Source of the DNA: Azolla caroliniana
Taxonomy: Eukaryota > Plantae > Polypodiophyta
Reading direction: 5' to 3'
DNA: 64,000 bases
Assembly (NCBI GenBank): GCA_043228905.1
Contig: JBHGNT010000017.1
Coordinates: forward strand, 4,960,001-5,024,000
Made by a program: the position numbers and the translations under genes. Of the stretch, positions 1-12,408 are shown in pieces; positions within the stretch are counted from its first letter, which is position 1; every line of letters begins with the position of its first letter. Under the pieces are notes generated by a model, which saw nothing but the letters and a program-made list of their open reading frames with translations, had not been told where the DNA came from and did not search any database.

Positions 1-49
1 AACAGGGGATGTTGCTATTGAAGAAGAAGCTAGCGATTCTCATGAAGAA

Positions 50-2657
50 ATGAAAATAGAGAGAAGTCCTCCTATTGGTTTCTTCCATATCTCGAAAAGG
101 GCTCGATCAGATAGAGATAGAGGAAGGCGTGAAGAGCTTGCTAACAAAGCTTCGCAGCCACATACCTCTAATGAAGAACATGAACAAATAGGCAAGCAGA
201 AGCTTAAACCAGTTGAAAATTCTGACAATGCAGTCCTTACAAAGGGAAAAGGAGGAAAAGAAAGCGATATATGTGTTGAGCTTGGTAATGACGGAAAAAC
301 TGATGCAGAATCAACTCTCGGAGCTGCAGATAGTGCAATGGCTGAGGCTAATAATAAGAAACAAAACTCTAACTCCATCTCAAATATTGATGAGAAGAGC
401 GATATGGAAGAAGGTGAACTGGAGCCAAAAGATTCTGATACAGAAAGTCACAAGGAAGTAGATACTACAAATATTACTGAAGAAGCGGCAGTAGGTAAGA
501 GTGAAGAAAGAGAACATGCATCGCCTACTCATGATCTGAAAGCAGAGGAAAATCAAATTGTAAAGGAAAATCAGTCAAGTAAGAGTGATGAGGGAGTGCC
601 GAGAGTTAAGGATGAAAATTCAAAAGGAAAGGAAGATCTCGTGGAATTGCATGCTCTAACATCAGACGATAAGAAACAAGAAGACGAGGGTAATTCAGAT
701 GTGAAAGAAACAGAAGATGTGCAATTGCAGTATAAGAACATCACATCATCTGGTAATGAACCACCAGAGATGACCATGAACACAAAAGATGTCCTCACAT
801 TTGACCTATTAGATGCAAGCAAGGATACAAAGCCTTGGAATTTGAATGCTGTAGAGACAGCTCATGATTCAGGCAATGAGTTAACATTATCCCTTTTCAC
901 CGAAGCAGTTGGGGTCGGAGCACAAGGTGAAAGCTCAGAAAGAAAGGGTAAATCAAAATACCAGCAATCGGAGGAAAATGCCCACACTTTGGGTGGAAAT
1001 GGCGAGGAATCCAGTCAATATTCTGGACACAAGCAGAAGAAGCTAAAGATAGAACCTCTTCAGCTTTCGTTAGCACTTCCTGGGACATCAGCTGGAGCTG
1101 AAGGTTTGGATCCACCAAATTTAGCAGTACTTCCAGAGCCAGAGAGGAGTGTACATTCCCTAACTCACACTCAGACACATACTCAGAATTTCTCCATGTC
1201 TCAGACTCACACAAACTCGGACGGATTCACCACATCATTTTCTCAATCTCAGTCATTTCTCCACAACCCAAGTTGTTCTTTGAATTGTACTTCGGTGGAA
1301 AACCAAGAGCTTTCATGTGGTGGAAGTAGACAGGTTTCTCAAGGTAATGAGCAAATGTCTCAGAGGAGCTGGCCAGCTGTTAGTGGAAATGATGGAATGC
1401 ATACACTTACAAGTGTGTCTCAAGAGAGGGGTAGGCATAGGCGTGAAATTCCTCTCTATCAGAGGATTCTACAGAATGGTAATAACATGCATCAAGGTTT
1501 TACATCTGTTACTGGAAGCAATAGAAGTTCAGGAAGCAATCATATATCTCAAAGGAGTCGCCAATTTGTGCCAAAAATGCATGATGGACCATCGAGCACT
1601 CAAGATCATGACGGGTCTGGAAGACAAATTGTAACGCACAAGGATGCATTAATGGAGAGAGTTCGACAGCAGAAGGCATGGTTTGCTTCGAAACAACAAG
1701 CACTGTCTGGACAACAAGGTGGAGGAGAAACAAGTGGTAGGGAGAAGTCAATCGATCCCTCTCCATCGAATGCTCATAGGGCTACATCTCCAGTGAATGA
1801 TGCTATGATTGGGGAAAGAAATATTCTTGGGGAAAAGATTGGACTGCATGAGATAGCAACCGAACCCGTTGCGATTATGGCACAAAAGTTGCAAGAGTTG
1901 CCTGATAGCTTTCTAGAGGGTTTGAAAGGATTGGCAAAGGGGGTGCTCTGTAGCTTTGAGAAACGAGAAGAGTTCGTAACCTTACAAGACATCATCAGGA
2001 AAAGACAAGATTTGACAGAGAATATCCTCTTACGTGCACATCGCACACAGCTTGAGATTCTTGTTGCTTTGAAAACAGGAATGCAAGCCTATGTGGAGGA
2101 AGGAAACAGGCCACAAACATACAAGGCCCTTATAGATATCTTCTTACAAACCAAATGTCGGAATATTGCATGCCAGCAATCATTGCCAGCCGGCGGATGC
2201 GAATGTAGGATTTGCTCAAACAAAACTGGGTTTTGCCACGAGTGTATGTGTGTTGTGTGCGTCAAGTTTGATACAGATAACAACACTTGCCGATGGGTGG
2301 GTTGCGATGTTTGTTTGCATTGGTGTCATACAGATTGTGCCTTACGGAAATCTTACATCGCACCTACTGCTAGCGTAGGAGATACAGCTGATGCTACTGA
2401 AATGCAATATCGTTGTGTTGCATGTGACCACAAGTCAGAGTTGTTTGGGTTTGTAAAAGAGGTGTTTCAGAAGTGTGCGGAAAGCTGGGGTGCTGAAACG
2501 CTTGCGAAGGAGCTAGATTGTGTGCGTAGGATCTTTCATGGAGGTGAAGATATGAGAGGAAAACAGTTGTGTTGGAAGGCAGAGCAACTCCTACAAAGGC
2601 TCGAAAACAACATTGATGCAACTGAAGTCTGCAGGAGCATGTTACGGTTCCTTAACG
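50..2657 (+). CDS. OBE4: OBERON-family PHD-finger protein (OBE3/OBE4-like), large coding exon; frame is open back to the window edge, so the true start may be upstream
   Basis: Protein has the OBERON signature HRTQLEILVALKTG...KCRNIACQQSLP...CECRIC...GFCHECMCVVCVKFD...NTCRWVGCDVCLHWCHTDCAL...CVACDHKSELFGFVKEVF, after a long low-complexity N-terminus with a KKLKIEPLQLSLALP motif. Donor G|GTAATA at 2657/2658. Paralog assignment (OBE3 vs OBE4) is uncertain. Confidence 0.88.
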
Positions 2658-2909
2658 GTAATATTGGTTCTGGAAGTGTATTGCTTTTTCTTCCTTTATT
2701 AGTAATAATCCATTATTTTCCAAATGTTATAGCTATAGAAAACATTATTAACAAAATGTAAACAAAAATTGATCTTGATGTTCTTTCTTGGGGTGGGACA
2801 TACCTATTGAGTATCTACTTAAAGCAAAAATCTTGTTTCCAATGAAGCAATGAAATAATGTTCTGATTGATAATAATATATGTACTCACATGGTTATTGA
2901 TGCACACAG

Positions 2910-3457
2910 ACGGTAATGCAGAACTTGCTGGAGTACCCAATAAGAAACCTTCTTCATTTAAGGCAAATGATGGTCCTGATCTTGTTGAAAAGACTACTTC
3001 TAGTGGTGGTGGTGGCAATGGGAAGAGACATGCTGATAATAATATAGATAAAAGAGCACTTCATAACAAGGATCTACTCCCAGAGGAAAAGAGATCAACG
3101 GAATTCCAGGATGATCGAGCTCGGAAAAGAGCTGAAATAGAAGATATTGAGAGTGCGGTAAGAATGAAACAAGCTGAAGCCAATATGTTTCAAATGCGTG
3201 CAGATGAAGCTCGCCAAGAAGCAGGGGGTCTTCAGCGAATCATATCAGTAAAGCGTGAAAAAATTGATGAAGAATATGCATGCAAGTATGCGAAGCTTAG
3301 GATCAATGAAGTGGAAGAGAGGCGACATAAATGGTTTGAAGAGTTGCAATCACTAGAAAGTGCTCAACATGATTTCCAGAAGATGAAGATTAGAATGGAA
3401 GCCGATATAAAGGAGCTTCTTCTAAAAATGGAGTTAGCAAAACGGCAGTTCGCCTAG
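2910..3457 (+). CDS. OBE4: OBERON-family protein, last exon (coiled-coil domain)
   Basis: Acceptor CACAG|AC at 2909/2910 restores the frame (G+AC = Asp). Encodes IESAVRMKQAEANMFQMRADEARQEAGGLQRI...EEYACKYAKLR, the OBERON coiled coil. Stop TAG ends at 3457. Intron is 2658-2909. Confidence 0.88.
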
Positions 3458-4917
3458 AAACAAACATTTGCTGACTTCATTTTATTGCTAGCTTTACGAC
3501 AACTCAGGATTTGGTGAGGCGAATGCTGATGGATGTATATGTATAACACATATATACACGTATAAATCAAGCAAAAAAGCCTCCATACTTTTCAATTGAT
3601 TCCAATGCTCCACTTTTATGTATCATTTATTTCATTTGAAGGAGATACTGCATGTACAGCCATGAGTAGAATTTTATAATAGATGTGCTTCCAGTCACAT
3701 ATAATATCTTTCGGTTTCCGTAGGCAGTCTATTAAAAAGTCTGATAAACTAGAACATGTTTGGAAATGATTTAAAAAGCATGTAAATATTAGCTGTTTGT
3801 CTGACAAGGCGGCATTGGGCGAGAGATTGTCTACTATGTGTTTGACATATGAGGTTTACATATGATGCAGAATTAAGAAATGCTAATGAATGGAGTTGCT
3901 GTAGTCTATATCACTTAGAGGCCTAATGATTGCTTAACTCTGAGGTTCCAACTGCTACAGATAGAGGGATTTAACCCCCAACTGAGTAAGGTCACTGGAG
4001 CATAAAATTTGCATCCATGGAAGGTTCAACCTCATAGCATCATCTATTCTATAAAAGCAGTGCTTTAGAGCAGGCCGTCGAATCTGCCAGTTGATTATAT
4101 ATAATAGGCCTAAACCCTAAACTATGATGAAAGCCACTTCTGCTTTTCTACAGGTCCTAGTGGGTTTTTCTGCACAACAGCATGATTTTGTATTGGTGGT
4201 TTATATGTTTACAAAATCAAATCATGTCTTATAAGATCAATTCATTCATTGATGGAGCTTTGGGATTCTGATCAAAATTAAATCATATTTTCCACATTCC
4301 GACTGAAAGATCAGCAGAGATTTGAAAATACCTTTCAACCACAAACGGATACATCTAAAAAAAGACCCCATTCGATACTACGTAAGACAATCTAAGGACT
4401 ACGATTGATTAGGGCCTTAACAGAAAGATTGTGAACCCTAACATAAACATTGAGTCAGAAACTCATGACTCTAGTTAGGTTGAACCTAATGTTTCTGACA
4501 TTACATAAAATAATATGAATGACATTGGGAGTGTAGAATACGAGCTCTAAACCCTAAATTTATACAAGTTTTAACTCCTCAATGCGACAAGGAACATCAG
4601 AAACAAAATCTACCTTGTTATGTGTGTAAGTGGAAACCCAATAATGTACACAAATTCTTCGTCAAGAATAATACAAATGCGAAACAAATTTTTTACCATC
4701 ATATATATAATAAACGATGCTAAGAAATGAATTACTAACAGACATTTGTATAATAATAATAATAATAACAATAGTAAGCTGAGACAACCAAAACAGATCA
4801 GCATGCTCTTCTCCAAAGAAAAACAATTTAAGGTTTTTCTACAAACCCAATACCAATACCAGCGAAAATAATTTGCCAATAACCTAATGTCAGACAACAA
4901 ATACCCATATACCCATT

Positions 4918-5583
<666 letters not shown>

Positions 5584-5730
5584 TCAGCTCAGTTAATACA
5601 TGATGTAATGTATAATGTACAATACAACACACAATTATGAATATAGGATACTACATGTTACATATGATTCTAAATGTACAAATAGTACCAAATGTTCCCA
5701 TCTTTCATCTTACACTATCTATGTATTTAC

Positions 5731-6101
5731 CTGAGATACAAGTCGATTCAAATTAGTATATGTTGGACGTTCAATGTCAAGTGATCGACGACAGATGTCA
5801 TAGATAGCCTCATTATCTAGCAGTACAGATACATCTGTATGCTCAAGAAGAGAGAGTGTAGACAAAACGCTATTATATGGCTCAACCACAGATGTGGAGA
5901 CCTGCGGTGAAGGATAAACAGTGAACCCTAGCTTCGATTATTTTCCATACTCGACAGAAAGACGTTCTAGGAGGAGAGATCCGAGTCCTGATCCAGTTCC
6001 TCCACCAACAGCATGGAAAACAAGAAATCCTTGCAGCCCAGTGCAGTTATCTGCAAGTTTCCTGATGCGATCCAAGCAGAGGTCGACAATTTCTTTGCCA
6101 A
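5731..6101 (-). CDS. TUA: Alpha-tubulin exon 3 (contains in-frame TAA at 5938-5940)
   Basis: [41 protein letters not shown]...[10 protein letters not shown], including the GGGTGSG tubulin signature. Confidence 0.9.
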
Positions 6102-6411
6102 CTAGATACAGAGACAAAATTTAATAAGAAAATAACCAAAATATGAGGAAGGATGCAGATATCAACGATAAAAATATAGACAAAAGACCTTCACTTAAAA
6201 TAAAGATAAAACATATTCTCAACGAAGTACAGAAAAATAATGAGAAATGAAGGATGCCAAACATCATCAATAGTTTCATTGACAACTAAAAAGAAAGTTA
6301 TATTAGCTATATAAAAACCTCTATACAGCTATACCAAAATCTGAATAAGAAAATCTTGCAATTATTAAGCTATATATGATTAAGCTTAAAATCTTGCAAC
6401 GATAAACTTAC

Positions 6412-6646
6412 TTGTATAGTGACCACGAGCAAAGTTATTGGCAGCATCTTCTTTGCCACTGATGAGCTGCTCAGGATGAAAGAGCTGACGATAGGTTCCT
6501 GTCCTTACTTCATCAATCACAGTGGGCTCAAGGTCAAGGAAAATTGCTCGAGGCACATGTTTCCACCAACCACTCTCACTGAAGAAAGTGTTGAATGCAT
6601 CATCTCCTCCACCAACTGTCTTGTCACTCGGCATTTGTCCATCAGG
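6412..6646 (-). CDS. TUA: Alpha-tubulin exon 2
   Basis: [24 protein letters not shown]...[14 protein letters not shown]; AG acceptor and GTAAGT donor. Confidence 0.92.
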
Positions 6647-7302
6647 CTGTGGAATTTTACATTAAAAAGTTTGAAAAACAGGATGGGTATGGAGTTCAGG
6701 TAAACATAGTTACAGGAAGAACAGAACACTGTTGATCCGCACGAGAATAACACGTTCTACATGGCTATGGAATTGGAAGCACAAAATAATACTGACAGAA
6801 ATTACAAAGACGTCTACTGTTGATTATCATATAGAAACAAATACACACAGAATTCTGAGGCACGTATTTTCAACATAGAATGTTCCAATTACTGAGTTTT
6901 CGGAGAGATGGTAGAAAACAGTTAAGACGTCCAAAGCGGTGTTTATGGTCATCTCGAGATGTCAGAACGCAAAGCAACTCGAAAACATGACGCAGAGACA
7001 TCAACAGGAAGGATGCGAATGAAGTAATATATAGAGAGAAGTAATTAACAAGAGAAGTAGTATATAGAAAAAGGAATAAAAATTGGATGTTCGATCTCCT
7101 TATTCTCAAGCGAAAACATAAACCTAATAAATATTTTCAAGCGAAATCATAATCATAATCATAATCATTCGTTTGCTAAATACTAAGAGAAACAGTGGGA
7201 CGCAAAAACAACTGAGAGCCGATACGAGAGATTGCTGACAGTAAGTAGCAAGGAATTTCAGAGACCAAAAAGAAGAAGAAGAAGACATTGCAGGTTTAAT
7301 CA

Positions 7303-7470
<168 letters not shown>

Positions 7471-7628
7471 TCAGCTTAGAAGAGACGAAGAGAAGCGCGG
7501 AAGCGAAGAAACAATGGCGAGCTGCCTGCAGGTGGAGAAAATGAATGGATCGATCAAGAAAAGGCTGCAGGCGAAGAAGAATGGTAGTAGACTGTAGTAG
7601 GAGGTGGCTTTGACGACGGCCACGGCGC

Positions 7629-7659
7629 GCCGTTAGCACGCCGTTAGCGCGCCGTTAGG
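7629..7659 (-). promoter_or_regulatory. Triple MSA-like element (CTAACGG x3, 11-bp spacing) upstream of alpha-tubulin
   Basis: CCGTTAG at 7630, 7641 and 7652, about 170-200 bp upstream of the ATG. AACGG is the core of the MYB3R-bound mitosis-specific activator. A telo-box (AAACCCTAAA on -) lies at 7685-7694. Confidence 0.6.
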
Positions 7660-8033
7660 ACGGCAGGAGATGGATCCTGTCAAATTTAGGGTTTCCAAGA
7701 AAGCCAAGTGCTGAAAGAAATGGCTTTACTAACTAACAACCAACAAAATTATTATGTAGTAGAACTCTTCTAGAGATCTAAATACATATATGTACATACT
7801 ACTAACTACTACTACTACTACTACTAACTCAATCCCACCCTTCACACCAGTTCAAATGTGGAATGTGATGATTATATGACCTTGCCAGAGTCCTTTCTCT
7901 CTCTCTCTGGTAAAAGCACACAATTATATTAATTGTATGTAAAATCCACTTAGTTACAACACTTCTTAGTCTCTCCTCTACCTATCATATGCCTATGTAG
8001 GGAAAGGGACACCCTGTAATGCCATTAAAAGGG

Positions 8034-8122
8034 ACGGGAGGCAGTAGTGGGGAATCTTCCTCAATGGGCGAAAGCCTGTCGGAGCAATGCCGCATGGAGG
8101 TTGAAGGCCCACGGGTCGTAAA
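8034..8122 (+). rRNA. rrn16: Plastid-type 16S rRNA fragment (NUPT, non-functional)
   Basis: ACGGGAGGCAGTAGTGGGGAATCTTCCTCAATGGGCGAAAGCCTGTCGGAGCAATGCCGCATGGAGGTTGAAGGCCCACGGGTCGT matches the 341F/V3 start of chloroplast 16S as recalled, with about 7 substitutions. Confidence 0.85.
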
Positions 8123-10069
8123 AACCTGAATATGCATTTGAGGAAATGATCCCCACATGCTCTAACATCCAAAAATTCCACATGAGAATACCTTTTAGCT
8201 TCTTTATATAGGCGTTCACCCCATGTCTATTATCAAACATGAAAGTGGTATGCATTTTCCAATTGTGTTGTAGACCCCAATAATGTAAAAATTGGAACAA
8301 TATCTCTATCTCATCATTTGAACCATTTTGAACATATTGAGAAAAAACCCATCGTTGAGGTCTCAAACAACAACGGGTTAAAACTTGCCAAATGTCCGAT
8401 AAGTACTTCCAAATGGTACACGCTATAGGACATTTAATGAACCTATGTGTACTATCCTCCAATGTAACGATGTAAAAGAAACAAGTGCCATACTCTAGTC
8501 CTTGTCTCTTTAAGGCCGAACCTAATGGGAGCCCACCAATCATGACTCTCCATATGAATACCTTTGCATGAAATGGTAGATGGGAATGCCAACCACGTTG
8601 TAATATTTTCCACCACCTTGCATCTGATTTACATACATTCCACAACTTCGTTGCTTTAGGAGATAGCTAAGATAATGATGTCATCGCATGATGATACAAT
8701 ATATTTGTAGTGGCCTATAACAAGCTTGTACCATCTTGTAACCGCCAATCCACCCAAGATGCAAAATTTGTTTTCAATGGCAAAGATCCTTGCAACAATG
8801 GTATATCTTGTAATTTCTCCCGAATAAATCCATAATTTGGGGGGATACATAACCATCGTTTGGCATCTTAAAAATCCGACAACCTTTGAGATTCATTATC
8901 AACCACATCTTCCAAATGTACAATCCCCAATCGAAATAAACGATTGAATTGAGATCTCAACTTCTCTTTCCCATGCCAAAACAACACTCTAGAAGAAACA
9001 AGCAATTCATTTTGTAATGAATTACAATATATTTGATCACTTGATGGTCCCCATTCAGAAAGAGATAATGCATATTGCCACGATCTTACCAAACGTTGTC
9101 CACATACAAAATGTCGAATCTTTAGAGGAATATTTCTATTGAGTAATGACCACTAGGATACTTGAATCATTGTTTTCTTGTGCACCAATCCTTCATGCTC
9201 AATAAAATATTGCATCATAGATATCCATGGTTGATCTTGTTGACATATATCTCGTAATAATGCAAATCTACGAGCCATCAAATGTCGTTCCAAATCCAAT
9301 ATTGTTGCACCACCTAACCTTTTAGGAGTAGCCAAATGGCCCATGAAATCCATGTAACTCCCATCATTTCTCCCTTCCGCCACAACATGAACCAAATAGG
9401 TTGTAACATGTTTTGTAATGCCTTTTGAGTCCAAGGTAGTAAAGGCAAAAAATATAATCACATGGGTATCAATATACATGGCACCACTTTGAGTCGTACA
9501 TGAAAGGGCCATAATTGAGAATTCCAATAGATAAAGTTGTCCTTCAATTGACTACCAATCCAATAAATCAATTGAACATTTGTAACATCAACACCCAATG
9601 GATAACCCAAATGTCGATAAATTGATCCTCATGTAATCACTTACCCTCGACATCCCAAACATTCCAAATCACTCTTCGTACAAGAAATAAGGCGAAACTT
9701 CCTCCAATTTATATACAACCTTGAAGCCAAAGCAAATTGATCCCAAACTTGCATACTCCTTTCAAGATTTTCTTTTGAGGTTTGTAAAAACATAAGAGAA
9801 TCATCAACCAATGGTTGTGCCACTAATTGTCCACTAGAAGGAAGATGCAAACCCACAATATCACCACTAGCCGCAAGATTTAACAACATTACTACCAAAG
9901 GATGTGTAACAATAGCAAATAACAATGGGCTTAGTGGACATCCTTCCCGCACGGATCTAGTAAGAAATACTTTCGGAATAACTCCGCCATTAAGCATCAC
10001 ACGCGAGGGTGCATTTTGCCCTGCCAAAAAGATAAGTCGACACATACGAGGACCAAACTCCATATTATG
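8123..10069 (-). mobile_element. Degenerate L1-like LINE, 3' half of ORF2 (RT to zf-RVT)
   Basis: Fragments: SVREGCPLSPLLF and VDDSL (RT), KRLGGATILDL, and KVFIWRVMIGGLP...TCFF...EDSTHRFIKCP (zf-RVT). Many stops and frameshifts. Confidence 0.85.
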
Positions 10070-10815
10070 TGTAAAGAATCAGGTATGGTTCTTGTGTAGC
10101 GGAAGAGATGTGTGCTATGCGTAAGTGTGAGAGGAGTTAGAGGAGAGAAGAGAGAATAAGATAGATTAGATAGAATGGGAACACAATGAAGTACTCAAGA
10201 AGAAGATGTATATTCACAAGTAAAGTAAGAGATACAAAAATGTAGTATTACAAGGAGTCACAACTGACTTAATATGAAGTATGAGGAGGGTGCTTTATAT
10301 ATAGTCACCCTCTCTCTTCATTAACTAACTACAACCACCACTCCCTCTTGGGGAATGTCAAGACTCATAGTCATGGGGAATATGTAACTCATTAGTTATG
10401 TGTCATAGAATATGATTCTATGACACATAGTTAATGTGTAGAGAGTAGTGGTGTGACTCTTGACCTTTGAGTAATCATAGATTCTCAAAAGGTGTGTTCA
10501 CACATTGCACTATGTTGAGCTTGATTCTCAACACGCCCCCTCAAGCTCAACTCGGGTCGGTTCCTTTCGATTGATGTCCGCTTCGGCTGGTATCCAGTTC
10601 AGACGATCTTTGGTGTCCACTTTGGCTCGTACTCGGTTCAGACGGTATCCAGTTCTCGATTGTACTCCCCCTCAAGCTTAGCAAGTCAGGGATCCTCAAT
10701 CCAAGGTCTAACATGAATTGTTGAAGCTTGTCGGCTCCTATGGCTTTGGTGAAGATGTCAACTATCTGAAGAGTCATGTTGATGTGTTGAAGGTCGACAT
10801 CTCCGGCCTGTACGA

Positions 10816-11892
10816 TGTCGTGAAGATTTTCGGCAATAGTGTGAAAATCCCATAAAACGTACGAAATCGAGTATGAATCACATAGTAAAATAATTGTGAA
10901 GATAACATTTTAAATAAATTTAATATCTAAGTACAAAATTATGGAGGTTTCGAATGCACTTTATTACACGAGAAACGGACAACTAAATGTCAAGATATGA
11001 GGGTATAAAGTTTGTGAAAGGGAAAGAGAAAATTGTGAGATATCCCACATAGGCACGACAAATACAGCTCTCATCATATATAAGGTGGAGCAAAAGATAT
11101 TATCTTTGTGTCTATGTGTGGAGCATAGAGAGTTCAAGTGGAGGTGGGCTAGCTACTCGTAAAGGGTTTTGGCCAATCAAAACCGGACCGACGATGGAGC
11201 CGGTGATCCGACGGCAATCCGGCGACGGCGAGGCACGGGCATCTGGCGAGGCACTGGTATCCGGCGAGGCACCGATATCCGGCGACATCCGATGAACCGG
11301 CGTCCGGCGACTAGATAAATAAATATATAAATATATATACATATATACATATACAAGGAGGGCAAGGAAGGATTCAAAACTTGCACCTCTAAGGTAGGAA
11401 TCAATTGGCTTACCATTAAGCCATGCTATTTAGTTGAAATTATATTTCTATCATTGTACTTTTACATGTAAATTCTCATACATGAGAGCTAAAATGAGTG
11501 ACATGGTTATCATGCACCACATGTAATACATAAGCGCCAAATGGCAAACATGCAATTTATGCATGTCTTGTACCCTCACATGCATCATATGCATGAGAGC
11601 ATCTATAAAAGAAGGAAGGGGGAGGAGAAAAAACACGTTTTTTATTATTATGAAATTAAGAAGAAGAAATTTGTTATCAAATTGATGGTGTAACTTGTTT
11701 CTTAAATCCAAAGATAAAAGTTCAATCAATCTCTCTCAATTGTGTAATCTCAACTTCTCTCTTTCCCAATCTATCTTAAGTACTTTCTCGCTAAAGCTTG
11801 CGCCAAAGCTTGTACCGACTTTGAATCCTTCTGGTCCAGAACCCCAGCGGTTCCACCTCATGATCCGCGCGTAGTGACGGATCTTCACGACA
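10816..11892. mobile_element. 1077-bp insertion with 12-bp terminal inverted repeats; probable gypsy solo LTR
   Basis: TGTCGTGAAGAT...ATCTTCACGACA, flanked by ACGA/ACGT. Removing it plus 4 bp restores the copia RNase H frame (EHVQAGDVDL). Confidence 0.75.
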
Positions 11893-11975
11893 ACGTGCTC
11901 TCAAATGAAGTGATAGTGCACTTCGATATGCTTTGTACGTGCGTGGAACACTGGGTTCCAAGCCAAATATATATT

Positions 11976-12408
11976 GCTCATGTTGTCGCAGTAAATGGGA
12001 GTCAGATCCTTGATGGGAACACCAAGATCCTTCAAAATCCTCGAGGCATATGGCTTCACATGCAGCTACGGCTGCGCCCCTGTATTCGGCCACCGTACTT
12101 GAAAGTGCGACGTTAGGCTACTTCTTACTACTCCAAGAGATTGCTCTACTACAGAGCGAGAAGACAAATCCGGAGGTTGATCATCGATCAGCTCATGTTG
12201 TCGCAGTAAATGGGAGTCAGATCCTTAATGGGAACACCAAGATCCTTCAAAATCCTCGAGGCATATGGCTTCACATGCAGCTACGGCTGCGCCCCTGTAT
12301 TCGGCCACCGTACTTGAAAGTGCGACGTTAGGCTACTTCTTACTACTCCAAGAGATTGCTCTGCTACAGAGCGAGAAGACAAATCCGGAGGTTGATCATC
12401 GATCAGCT
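11976..12408. repeat. ~215-bp tandem duplication in copia A RNase H
   Basis: GCTCATGTTGTCGCAGTAAATGGGAGTCAGATCC starts at both 11976 and 12191. Confidence 0.85.

Noticed and set aside
2658-2909. C-terminal hydrophobic tail of ORF 50..2761 and N-terminus of ORF 2867..3457
   Set aside because: Both are read-through into a GT-AG intron; splicing joins the two ORFs in frame.
8034-8122. Bacterial contamination or a functional rRNA gene
   Set aside because: Only ~90 bp, plastid-type sequence with substitutions at conserved positions, embedded in plant nuclear DNA.
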